This document shows, piece by piece, positions 14,145-26,883 of a stretch of DNA of 64,000 nucleotides; position 1 is the first letter of the stretch, and every line of letters begins with the position of its first letter. The translations under genes and the position numbers were made by a program. Below the pieces are notes generated by a model. That model ran no database searches. It was not told the origin of the DNA and was given only the letters and a program-made list of their open reading frames with translations. The DNA comes from Thalia democratica (Eukaryota), in the NCBI GenBank assembly GCA_965202585.1, contig OZ241826.1, forward strand, positions 88,970,001-89,034,000. Reading direction: 5' to 3'.

Positions 14145-14923
14145 ATCTGCTTAATTATTTGTTGTTTGCCAATATAAATATTTAATTTCGCATCAACACG
14201 GAAAAGTAAATAAAATATTATTTTGTTCAGATACAATAAAGATAAGATTAATTAAAATTAATTTTTAAATTGAACAAAGTAATTTTAACACCAACCTTAT
14301 AATTTTAAAAATTTCAACACCCGTGTATAAACAATTGTCTGTAAAATTTTTATGCGTATTAGAGAATTTTTATTTATTTTAAAAAACATACTTGGCAACC
14401 CTTTTAGCTGCATAAACATAAACACACACAAGCATAAACAAACTGTATTCAATTAAAACTGCAGTTAAATACTTTGTAATGCATTAAAACATTAAAAACC
14501 GGCTTTAAAAAGCAAAAAAGTTTGTAAGACAAGTTAAAGTTTATAAAAGTTTCAAAGTTTTTTGCGATATCCTACAATTAATATCTTTTTTACGAAAGCT
14601 ATATTTTGCCACGTATACGCCTTTTAGTATATGAACAGAAATCAACTTTTAAAAAATAATTAAAACTAAAACATATATATCCCATAAATTAAGATTTAGA
14701 ACCTAAATGGTTCTAACATGTTTAGCAACTCATGAGCAAAATTCTAACAAGTTTGCCACGTATACCGTTTTTTATCTTACTTCCCGTATTTAGTTTTCTT
14801 CAACTTTAAACTTTTACTAAACATCTAAAACTTTTGTGCTAGAGAAATTTGAAAAACAACTTTCTAGTGAGAATGCCAGCATTTAAAATTTTAAAACTAG
14901 TATAACACATAACAAGAACTAAC

Positions 14924-15549
14924 GAGTGCAGTTTGAGAGCCATGTCGGACATGTGGTGCAGGAGCATCATCGAGTTCTGCTGGTCCTGGTTCCGCCTCCT
15001 GCCCGACCCGGATCCCGACGGTCCCGCGCCCCTCGACGTGGACGGCCCCGCCTGCTGTTGGGTCACCACCGCTATCGCCATTTCCGTGCTCGCGCCCGAA
15101 GTCGACGCCTTCTCCTCCTTCGACTTCTTCTTCCGCTTCTTCTTCGCTTTCGGGCTCCTTGTCTGCGGCCTCGGCGAGCTCGTCGCCACGGCGGCGGTGG
15201 GGGGCGGCCCCGCGCTCAGAGGGCCCGAGCTCGACGGCCCGACGCTGGCCAGGTCGTGGTCCGTGCTGGAGCTCGCGGGGGTTACCGGCGAGGGGGTTCC
15301 CGAGTTGTGCAACCCGAACGGGATGGGCGTCAACCTGGGCATCTGGGACAGAATCTGGGGAATGGCGAGGGGATTTCCCACCGTGGCTGCTGCCGCCGCG
15401 GCCGCCACCGCCGCCGGGGAAGGGGAAAAGGGCGCGGGCGGGAAGGGGTTGGGAAACGGGGACTGGAGGGCCGGGTTGGGGATGGGCTGGCCGGTCTGGG
15501 GGTGGAGGATGTAGAGGGGAAAAGCTGAACCGAAGTTGTTGCTGTACAT
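14924..15549 (-). CDS. Su(H): Su(H)/RBPJ candidate first coding exon (long Pro/Ser/Ala-rich N-terminus with a basic NLS-like run)
   Basis: ATG at 15549 opens 208 codons plus 2 nt (MYSNNFGSAF...KAKKKRKKK...LKLH), ending at donor TC|GTTAGT (GT at 14923-14922). The phase-2 end joins exon 9768 in frame (TC+A=Ser). GC-rich like the other CSL exons. Tandem CAG CAG acceptors at 15584-15580 imply an upstream 5'UTR exon. Assignment to Su(H) rests on strand, phase and composition, not homology. Confidence 0.75.
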
Positions 15550-16137
15550 TGTACTTGATGATATACTATATATATATATCTGCTGGATGTTTTGTTGGTG
15601 TGAGTTATTTGAATTTTTGAAAAAAAAAATAAAAGAAGTTAGTTAGAAGCTTAAACTGAATGTGCTTTTTATACAAAAACAAAGATTACTTGAACACTTT
15701 TAGTTGTGTTAAAGTAGAAAGTATAGCATAGACAAAAGAAAAGTTTGTCTTTTCTTTGTGTTATAGATATTTAAGATAAGCTTTTTAAGTATTTTACTTA
15801 GTATAACTATTACAATATCTATTTCATTAAACTATTATTATTTTATAACACTCAGGGACATATAATGTTTTCAGAATCATCTCTTGAAAACTCAAGTTTA
15901 CTGAAATAGTTATACCAAGTTGTAAATAAAGTAAAGTCTTAAAACAACTTTTAAATAAACAGTTTTTTATACATAACACTGCTAAATACTCAACTCAACT
16001 GTTTCTGTTTGTTTATACTTTTAAACTAGTTTTTATTGAAGTTTACTACTGTACTAAAACTACTTAAGAAACTTTACAATGCAAAACTGCTTAAGGACTT
16101 TAGCTTTATAGTTATCTTAGATATGATGATTAATTTG

Positions 16138-16601
16138 AATGCCTGATTTGTAACTTGTATTGAAAATTAGATAAAAAACCTGTTATACAATCTAGCTTGA
16201 TGCATTACAGTAGATCATAGAAAAATTTGTTCAAGCACCAACAAGTCATAAATGCTTAACTTAACAGATTTTTTTGAATTAGAAATTAATAATTCACCAG
16301 TGCAAACTTCAAAAAAAAAAAACTAAGCTAGGTGGTAAGGTTATATAATTCATTTTTAGGTCTTTTAATGGTTTTTTAGGTTTTAAAATATCTTGACTTG
16401 ACGGTTATTTAAAATACCTGATTGGAAACTTATTTTAGCAATAGAATTAAAACCCTAGAGTACATTTCATGATGCATTATAGTCAAATCATAGGAAAAAT
16501 TACAAAAGCTTATTTCAACAAGCCACAAAATGCTTAACTTAAAAGATTTTTGAAACAAAAATTAATAATTCACAAGTGCAAACTTACAAAATATTAAGCT
16601 A
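16138..16601. repeat. Diverged direct repeat, offset about 272-275 bp
   Basis: Shared blocks TGATGCATTA (16198/16470), AATGCTTAACTTAA and AATTAATAATTCAC.AGTGCAAACTT occur in both copies. Confidence 0.8.
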
Positions 16602-18899
16602 AGTTAAACTATTTGGTTCAAACTTTGTTTAAAAGTTTGTATTGTATTGTTAAGTTACAGAAGTTAATTCAAAAGTTTGCAGTATAACTCATTTCTGATA
16701 CTTGAATTTTCCTGAAATTCACTTTTTAAAGAGTTTAATGTACAAATTAAGTAGTTAATTAAAAAGTAATTAATGTAACAATTCCTTAAACTGTGTAGCT
16801 ATTAAACTGAGATAGCTTATTAGATTAAGTATACAAAACTTAGTATGTTACTACAGCGGCGGTACACAAGTTATACTCTATAATTAAAACTATTACATGT
16901 AAATTTGTGTAACTACCATTTGTCATTAAAAAGATTTTAATTTACTTTAGTATGAATAAAAAAAGTTTGTCGTAAATTATATTAATTTTTACTTTATGTT
17001 CTTTTCAAATGCACAGACTTCTTAATTTATATTAACAAGTCAACCGACCAATAAAAGTTTGCATAAGTATAAGCATAGTATAAGTTTTATAATAACTAGT
17101 AATTAGTTTAATTACTATACCTCCAATGTTTGTAGAACACCAACTGTGAAATCTTCAGTGCTGTATGTTATATATTTTCATTTAAATAACTTATAGATAA
17201 CAAGTATTTAAATTATTTTAGCTTAATTAACTTACATAAATTAAAAAACATGTTTCCCCAACATCATAAATTATCGGCTGTATCGCTAACTTTGAAAAAA
17301 TGCTAAATTCTGTCTAAAAAAAAAACTAACTTTAGTTTTTAAACTAGCTTCACTTCTTGGATTATTTCACTTAACAACTAAAACTTTTTCTTTCTGTTAA
17401 AAACAAAAGTTTTACATCTATAACCGTCTTTTTGCATATAAAAAGTCGCCTAAAAAATTCTAACAAACAAAAACTGCTCCAAAACTTACAGAACTTGATC
17501 ATTTTACATATTTTTTCCACCTCAACTTTATCAAAGCAGCAAAGCTTTGTTGCCGAGCAAACTTCAAGCACTTAATAAAAGTTGCAACAGTTTCATGTGA
17601 GGCATTTGAGCAAAACTCAAGAGTGTGGCAACTTACAAGGCAAATGCTAGTATGTGAATCTGCACTGGCAAAAAACTGGCCTGCCTTATATTCAGTTGTG
17701 TTTTTTCTACATTGCTTTTGTTTGTGCTCAGTGTTTTGTTCGGTTTTCTCTCACTGAAAGTGATTTTATTGTCCGTCGTGTGAACATTGTTAAAACAATC
17801 GAATGTATAAGGTATGCAGTGGCAGGTACGAGCATCAGAACAGAATTGTTTAAAAGTGGTCGGTTTACTTATTTGTGTTTGTTTGCAATTGATTTCAATA
17901 ACTTGTAGAGTTATTTTCTCAAGCTGTGTTCATGCACAGATAGCACAAGAATTCAGCTCATGTCAGGTAACAATGAAATACTTATAACTTTCTCACCCAA
18001 GCTTGTACTGAGAGTTTATCAAAATATTTGTTCTGTTGAGCAATTTATAACAAACATTCTTTTCTAGAAAGTTATGAGACCAGACCTTATATAGGCATAC
18101 TTGAGCAAATATTTGTTATATCGCCGTTAATTGAAAGTTATAACTTGTTTTAGTTTGTTAAAAAAGGCTGCTTTTATTAGAAACTTTAAGTTCTGCCATA
18201 GAAAATTGAGCTTTGGACAAATTTAATATAGACCTACTGTTTAATTTATCAATTTTTTGGACTTATAAACTGTTTTTTTTTGTCATTAAACTACTTAAGG
18301 TAAAGAATTTCAATAATATGCAAACATTTAAAAATAAACAGTCTTTAAAAATGATTTTGTTTACATGCCATGATACACTTATCCAGTACCAAAAATCTCT
18401 GACCTATAGTGTTTTGGTAACCAAAATGAAATTACTTATTAGGTTCTACATGCTAATAACCATAATGTATATTACCATAAAGTAACCTTACAAATGGACC
18501 AAATTAAAATATTCTATAACTATGGTTAGCCGATAAGCTATACTGGTTCATAAGGTATCATTTAGTTTATAAAGTTGTATAAACTAGAAATTTAAAAGTG
18601 AATTTACTTAGCAGTTTCAGAGGGAGTGAGTACAGCTATTTAGAAAGATTTCATACAAAGTATTTTTATAAGATACATACTTGTGTAAACTTGTTACATA
18701 GGCTAGGCCCCTTACACTCACTTATGAAAACCAATTTCATTCAGTGCAACTTCATACTTTACAGTGACTTTACTTAGTAGTTATAATGTTTGTGCACTTG
18801 AATACCTACATACTTTTGTTACTTGTGATTTAATATGAATAGTACTTTACACTTGCCACATAATGATAACCACATATAAGTTTCAATACCATATGATGT

Positions 18900-19330
18900 C
18901 TACCTTAAGATTTTAACACGTACTGTCATATGACCTACACTGCTTCTGAAAACGCCCACACTGACCAACTGCTCTGACTTCTGAACTTCTGAAACTTTTC
19001 TCTCTGAAACTTTGTGCTTGTCGTGCCATGGTGGCAGGCCTGAACTGAACTGAGTGTTTGATGTTTGGAAGCTGAGCAACAACAAGAAAATTTTCCTTGC
19101 AAAAAGCTCGGCAGCGACACCAGTTCAAAAACTCCAGAACGACAGAGTCCTTTTTCGAACGAGCCGAAAAGGCAAGGTGAAAAGCGAAAAGTCGAAACTG
19201 TCGAAGGGACTGTCTCGACCAGTACGGACAGATCCTGTAATTTTACTCGTTTATTTTTTTGAAACTCTGAAAACGAGTAGAAATATCAAGCAGTCGATAC
19301 TGAAGCAGGGTCGAATATTTGACTGAACTT
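18900..19330 (-). promoter_or_regulatory. GC/CpG-enriched island; candidate Su(H) non-coding 5' exon or promoter
   Basis: Locally GC-rich with no convincing ORF. Possible donor AAG|GTAGAC near 18903 on the minus strand. Confidence 0.3.
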
Positions 19331-22300
19331 TGTAGACTACAATGCAATGCGGGTTTTAAAAAAGCCTTGTTTTTTAAGAATTACTACGGAATACATTTTT
19401 TGCAATTAATAAACTTTTTATACTTCGAATAGATTGTCTAACTGAGTAACTTTTTATTAAATCAATTGAAATATGTTTATAAAACAATAAACGACGGGAC
19501 CAATTGTGAAACTCTTTATCAATTTATTTCTTTTTGTTAACCAACTAATAAGAACATTAGATACAAAAGCTAAAAAAGATACATAAAGAGCTTTTTAGCA
19601 ACATTTAGTTACTATTTTTTGCTTAAATTAAAATTTTAAATTGAATAATTTCAAATCAAATTGAGTTTAATTCAAAAACAAATAATAAAATAACTTTTAT
19701 AGTTTTTTGCAAACGCTTTTATTATCAAATTTATTTATTTAATCGAATAACAAATAGTTCTTTTAATTGACAAAACTCTCTTAAAAAAAAACAGCTTTAT
19801 CAATAAACTATGAAACTAGAAATTAAAAGTTAAATAAAACAACTTGAAAACTTAACCTTAATTTGTAAAATATTGATATACTGTAAGATAAATTTAATTT
19901 TCTTTTTAGACAGCAATTAAATAAAGTCAAAGTCTATTCAAACGGCGAAAATTGAAAAACTGAAAGTAATCATTTCAAAAAATGCCGCTTATAATCGTCA
20001 AAAACTGCTCGTATGAAAAATATATAGCCTTAGCGGTGTTTTTAAATATCCGGTTTACATACAGTTTTGTAATCAAAAGCTTTTCAAAGTCGGGTTCATA
20101 TTAACTTCTTAAAAAACCTAAAAAGCTTTTTTCTTGAAGATATAATCTTCGAAAGCTGAAACGCGAACATTAATTTTTAATTCGGCTTTTGTTTAGTGAA
20201 AACACTACTGTGTTAACTTATTTATAATTCATTAGGTTGAAACACTGCTACTTACTACCCAAACAAAACTAACTTGAACTAAAGCTCGTTGCATTCTTTT
20301 AAAAACTACGTCATCTTAGTGTTAGATATAATTGTTGCATTTTACTTTTTTTAAGCATTTGTGCAAATAAAAGTTTTTTGCCAGTAAAAATTTTAGAAAA
20401 AGTTAACAACTTCTTAAAGCGTACTAATCGTAAATTTTAACAACAATTTTCATATACATTTTTTTTGTTTCAGTAGTTGTTTTTATAGTATGTAGTAAAA
20501 CAAAAACCAACTTCTTTTGATGCAACGATTTCTAATAGTGGATTGTACTTTTTAAATTACGCCTAATATTTTGAAGCATAATGAAGATACTAACTTACCT
20601 AGCATTTCAAACTCATTATTATTAAAACTGACTTAATAAAGTACTAATATATAGTTTAAACACTAAGTATAAAAACAAAATAACACTGAACAGTATTTTA
20701 AAATAATGTACATTAAAAGTAGTAAATTGTACAACTTTCTTTATAAAACTAAATCTCGTTAATCGAGAACAAAAACGTTGAAACTACAAACTAGTTAATT
20801 TCGTCATTTACTATACCAACTGCTCAACAACTCTAGACGACGTACTAAGTTCACGCGCAGCGAAGAGGTGCGAAAAAGCCTGTTTACAGTCGTGAGCAAA
20901 TAAAGAGGCGAATGTAAACGCCAAGTTATATTTATAGGGGCTGACGCGGTCAATCTGCTGCTCACTTCAAAGTTGGCCGAGTCTTAACTCTGGCTTACGC
21001 TGCTTGCCAGGCTTGCTAACGAGCAGATATACATGCGTTTGTTTTCGCGTTTTAAAGTCATCGTTAGCTTGATGCTGGGTTTTTGCAGTAAATTTGACCA
21101 GATGTTGCTTAAAAAGAAAGGGTCAGCTTAGACTAGACTTAGTTCTAAAATAAAATTGCAAAGAAACTGAAACTAGCTGTTTCTCAAAAAGTACTCATAT
21201 TACTGCATATAATATTTTTACCTACAAAAGCTATTAAAATAAGCTAAACTAAGTTTAGTTTTAAGGCTTGTTTTTTTAGTTTCAAAAACCTTTTAAGACT
21301 AGATTTTATGCTGAAACCTTAAAAATGTTTTGATAAACTGTCTTATTTTCAAACTACATAAGTTTCAATGATTTTTCATTAGCTAAAGCTACTTAAACCG
21401 CCAAACTTTATTAGCTCCTAACAAGTTTTTTTTATAAATAGTAAAAACCAAGAGGTACATTCAGACGTCACACCCACACACTAGTTTGGCGGGCAGACAG
21501 AAAACAAAACAGCCGTTTTCGTTGTGAAAAAAAAAAATCTGTTAAAAGTTTTTTAAAAGGTTTCAAAAAATTCCATTACACTTTTCTAACTAGCACACTT
21601 AACCCGTTACTCCATATGCAGTTTCAGCAAAATATTCACATGAAAATAAGTATGTGATCGCAGCGAAATTCAAGGCTGGGCGAGTTGTATTTGGAGCAAA
21701 GTTGTGCGAGGTTTTTGGATGCAGCAGTACTATGGGCTGAATCGGCTCGAAAATAGTTTCTACATGAAACAATGGGTTTGACGTGCGTTCGATCACGATT
21801 TCAATTGGCCGGCTTCCTGTAATGCGAGCTGTGAAATTTTTACTGCTGCTGAGAGTTTATTTAAATCATCAGCGTTGTGTTTGTTACGTGAGAGGCGTTT
21901 TGTGAACGTGCTTGAGCTACATTAAACTTGCGTTCAAATTTTTAGCTGCTAAACTATTTGGTGTAGACAGTAAAATTTCAAAACTGCGCAACAAAAATAT
22001 AAAACGTTTAGCATTGTCTAATATCAGTATGCGGAGTACTCGGTTTCAGGTAAAACAATAGTAGTAGTTTTGAGCAGTAACTAATTTGTTAAGAAAACTA
22101 GCTGTTATACTCTAGCTCTCTTGAAGCAATGTACCAATATGCGTTATGCAGGCTAAATTCTATGCACTTTAGATCAGTAGCTCTTAAAGTAAAAAAATAC
22201 TGTACAAATGATAAAAAAAACGGTAAAAAAATGCTAAAGTGATGTACATGCATTAAATTTTCAATATATAATACTGTAGTTGTTTTAATTTTTTTTTGTG

Positions 22301-25300
22301 TATATGATACACTAAACTTTACGTTGAACTATTAGAAAAAAATTGCTAATAAAAGACGAGTCTAACAAAATTCTGTTTTATTTTTTAACAAACTTTCTAT
22401 GCAAGTATAACAACATCATAGACACTATTGTGCATAACTATACTTTTTAGAAATACTGCACTACATCAACAAAAATGTTTTCTTCTATATAAAACTTTTC
22501 GCTTATTTAAATTCATTACATCATGCATAATCAAATCAGCTTCGAACTTGAAAAATAAAATTTTAATCAAGTTTAAAATAGCCAGTAATATTTATATAGT
22601 TACCATTCTACACGGTACATTTTGTTTACTGTAAAACAATTTTTTTGTTGCCAGGCATTTGTGTTCAACTTGTGAAACACTTCCATAGAAGTGTTTCGAA
22701 AAATACAATTCTTGTATTAGTTTAAAGATCGTTGATAAGATCCAACATTTTACTTAAAGTTTGTTTAAGCTTTTATAGACGTTAAATAAAACTTGCACAC
22801 AGAAATTGTAGTTGCAACTGGTAAGTTTTGATACAGTTGGCTTGTTTTCTGCGAAAGCAGAAAATAAAAAAACAAAAACTTTAGTAATATAAATTTATTT
22901 AGTAAAACAGTAATTCTTAGTTTACCCAACAGATAGAGAAAGTACACTTTAAGGTCAGTCTCATTTGAATATTTGCTAAACCAGAAAATTTCTTTAAAGT
23001 TTTCTTGTAACTATTTTTTATTTATACCCCTATCGCTAACCCATCTTACCTAAATATATCAAAAAATAATCAAAAAATAAAGTTTCAACTTTTAAAATTA
23101 AAGTAAAATACATAAATAAGCTTGTTAATAAAAATATTATTAATATTAACAATATGGTTTTTAAGCTAAAACAGAGGTAATACATATGGTTTGTAGAAGA
23201 ACAACTAAGTTTACTTTTAAAAGTAAGCTTAAGAAAACTGTTAGATTGTTTAAATTTAAATTTTTGTAGTTCATTAGTAAGCATATAAGGTTTGCTTATA
23301 AAGCAAAGTAGTACGATATCAGTAATTCGTTATTTGGTAATGTTTTAGCTTAATTATCAAGTTATATCAAGTTATGTAAACATTGACTTCAAAAATGAGC
23401 AACAAACTTAAAAGTTAATAAGTCAATTAAAAATTAACGATTACAAATTTCTTCAAAACCTTTACAAAAAATATTATTTTAAGAACTAATTTATAACAGG
23501 TTAAAAAATTTAAAGCCCCATTCTAAAATTATTACTTTGAACTTTAAAGGATGTATTAGTGATTAGCATTAATACAACCATATAAGTTAAAAGCTGCAAA
23601 ATTTAATTTAAGCTTAAGATATAGATAAACAAATGAAAGTTTATTTAGGTTATTAAAAATCAAGTACAGGTTCCTAATAAAATAAAAAACTAAAATTAGC
23701 TTAAGTTGAAATAAAAGCAGTCTTTTATAACTTTGTATTTTTGTTTAGAACAAAGTTTCCTAGTACGTTTAAAAATCCAATTTTTTAATACATGTATTAC
23801 TTTTTGCAAAAAACTTGTTAAGCTTTGTAAATGATGCAGCTGAAAAGTTTCGTTTCTTTTTAGTTACACTTTGAAAGCTGCACGTAGTCGAAACGTTGTT
23901 ATTGATTTTTTAATTCAAGCATCCCATGAATAATTCCCAAAACTTTAAGCATTGCAACCCAAAAAGCAATTATGAATTATTAAACACCAAAAATGAAAAT
24001 TTCAAAGATTTGCAGATTAAAAAAGTTCAAAAATCTGTTAGTAGCGCTTCGTGCAAAAGCGTTTTACTTGAAGTGTTACTCATCAAACAAAAATAACATT
24101 TTTTTGTGAGAACAAATAGTAATAACCATGTTTTAGCTTAAAATGATTTAGGATCAAACCCAAGTTTGAAAGTTTTTACTATTAAAATTCATCTTAACTT
24201 TTGATAGACGTATTATAAAAAAATTAATAAAACACTATGAAAAAACAATCTATTTTGTGTACAATTAATTCGAATGCAAACTTTTTACTGAAAGAATTTT
24301 TCTAAAATCTATTTGCTACAGCAAAGATATAAACAATTTTTTTTAAAAGAGACACACTTTTCAAAAAGTCTTTAAGTATAAGTTAAACTAATATTCTATA
24401 AAATTTAAAAACTGATTTTATTCCTTGTATATTTTCAAGTAAAGATTTAAGCAAGGAACTTTGACAGTTTACTAAACTATGAGAATAAAGAAAAACACTT
24501 TTCATTTAAATCACTTTGTTATACAACTTTTATTCCTTTACTACCGCCTGACAAGCGTTTCTTGATGTATTTCAATTAACAGCGCATTAACCGATGTTGC
24601 GGTTTATTGAAGCAATAACTGAAATTCACTAAAGTTATGATTGACAATTTGCAAGTGCGTTTTTCGATCAAAACTACCGAACGTGTATTGGTAAAAGGTG
24701 ATCAAAGTAATTTTGCAAGCAGCTGATAAAGAAGGTTAAAAGAAGAGCAAACAATGGAAAATGATAAGCGTCTCACGCTAGGGTGTAGCTTTAGAGAAAA
24801 ATTTAAAATACGAAAATGTAGATTATTTTAATAAACTTAGATAAATTAATTTATCAATTACCAAAGTATAAAAGTTTTATTTTATGAGAATTTTTATAAA
24901 ACAAACCTAAATTAACAAAAAGTATAAGTTTATTACAAACTTATATAGCTGTATGCTTTAGATTTAAGCACTATACTTCTTGCAGTATCTAATGCAACTT
25001 AGTGAAAACTTGAGTTTGCCTTGCAATCAGGAAGTAAATGCCTAAAAATACTTGGTCACAGAAATAGAGTTGAAATAGGTGCGTACTTAACTTTTCATTA
25101 CTGAATAAAATTACCAAAAAAGTCTGAAATTTAAATCACTGCAGCTCTTTCTAAAAGTTCTGTAACTAATTGATTTTCCAAAGTGATGAAAACTAAATTT
25201 ACTAACATCGTAAAACTTTGCAGTAAAATTTTTACTGAAAAATTTAATTGACTAGGCATTTTGTATAAAGTCTAATAGTAAGTTTTAAAATACTTTTTTT

Positions 25301-26852
25301 TTTCAACCAGTAAAGTATACTTAAAAAACGTTAACTGTTAAACAAGTTATTTAAAAATCCAGTTAGTTTAAGAGATTTTTTTATTCGAACGACCTAAATA
25401 AAACTTAGACAATACTGTTAGATGCTAATAAAACAGTTACTTTATTTTCTTATTAAGAACTTAACCAACTAAGCTTAACAACCAGCTTATCATATTTAAA
25501 TTAAATAAACATACTTGTAAAAACGTTTAAAATGATGCTCAAATTTTTTTTTTTAATTTCATTATTTTTTAATACTTCTCAAACGACAAAACTTCAATGA
25601 ACGTGCCAAATGTGTATTGCAAATAACAAATCAAATATTTGTTTTGACACATGGGTATCTACTCGTCACGTAATAGTTTAATATGCTACAGATAAAAAAA
25701 TAATAAAGATCTGTTTTCATTTTGGGCGTAGTTTTTTAATTAAACAGCACTTTTTAATAGTTTTTGAAATAAGAAAATTGATTGCAGCAAAAAATTAAAA
25801 ATAAAATTTAAATCATCAAACTACTTTAACCAATTTAGAAAAATTGTATCTCATATAATATTGTTTTACGATAATGATAATTTTTTTTTTTTATTTGTTG
25901 AAAAACTCTTTAGCCGACTATAAAAATGAATAAGTAATTGTATTACGTAAATGTATTAAAGTTTTTTACTTTTAGTAATTGAAACTATTTATTACTTTTG
26001 TGTATCTATTTGTTACTTACTGCAATATTCAATTAAATCATATGATCATGTGTAATTTAACATTTTTTTATTTAAAAATTCTAGTATACCTACAATTTTC
26101 ATCTAAGAGAAGAAAAATAAAAGCTTTTATACTTTGGCTGTTGTAAGATTTGTTTTAACTTAAATTATAGTTTTAAATTGACTTGAAAAAAATAATAAAG
26201 ATTTATTTATGAAAAAAGTTAAGTATTTAAAACAAAAAAAACATGAAGTAGCAAGTTTGTTTTTAGAAACTATTTAAAAATTGTTTAATTAAAAAGCTTA
26301 CTTTGAGTGTTTATGAAATACATCCAAACAAAAGCTTTAAACATTAGTTTTTATGAAACTAGTTCGTAATTTATAACTTATATCAAATACCGCATACAAT
26401 ATAAAAAAGTAAAAAAAGATCAATTTAGTTTTAAAATTGCTCTTGTACCTATATATTAAAGTTTTTCTTAAATTTACAAAAGCAAATATGTACATTGGAG
26501 AAACATTTAAATAAAAACCAACATGTTAACAAAAATTATATATATTTGTTATTTCAAAATTCAGCTGCATATAGCTTAATTAAAAACCTGAAAGGTTCTT
26601 GTGTTTTTTTATAGCATTTCCGAAAATACTTCAACAAAATTTCAAAACAACAGCTGTTTGAGCGTTTAATTTTCTGCACAACGCAACTATTATAACATAA
26701 TCTCTGCAGTAAGCTGACCAAAGCGGCACGAGCTAATCAAAAACAAACATTTACCTGGCTAATCTACAGTGAAATGTAAATGTTGACAAAACAAGATTAA
26801 CTGCTCGTTCCGCGAAACGCGATTATTTTTACAATCAACTTTGTAATAACTT

Positions 26853-26883
26853 GTTGCTAGGCAATAACTTGTTGCTAAGTAAT
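26853..26883. promoter_or_regulatory. Tandem pair of RFX X-box-like motifs
   Basis: GTTGCTAGGCAAT (26853-26865) and GTTGCTAAGTAAT (26871-26883), generated by an 18-bp tandem duplication. Confidence 0.35.

Noticed and set aside
14926-15620. Three plus-strand ORFs of 153-200 aa overlapping the long Su(H) exon
   Set aside because: Shadow ORFs of a very GC-rich exon; the minus-strand frame has the ATG, donor and phase that fit the gene.
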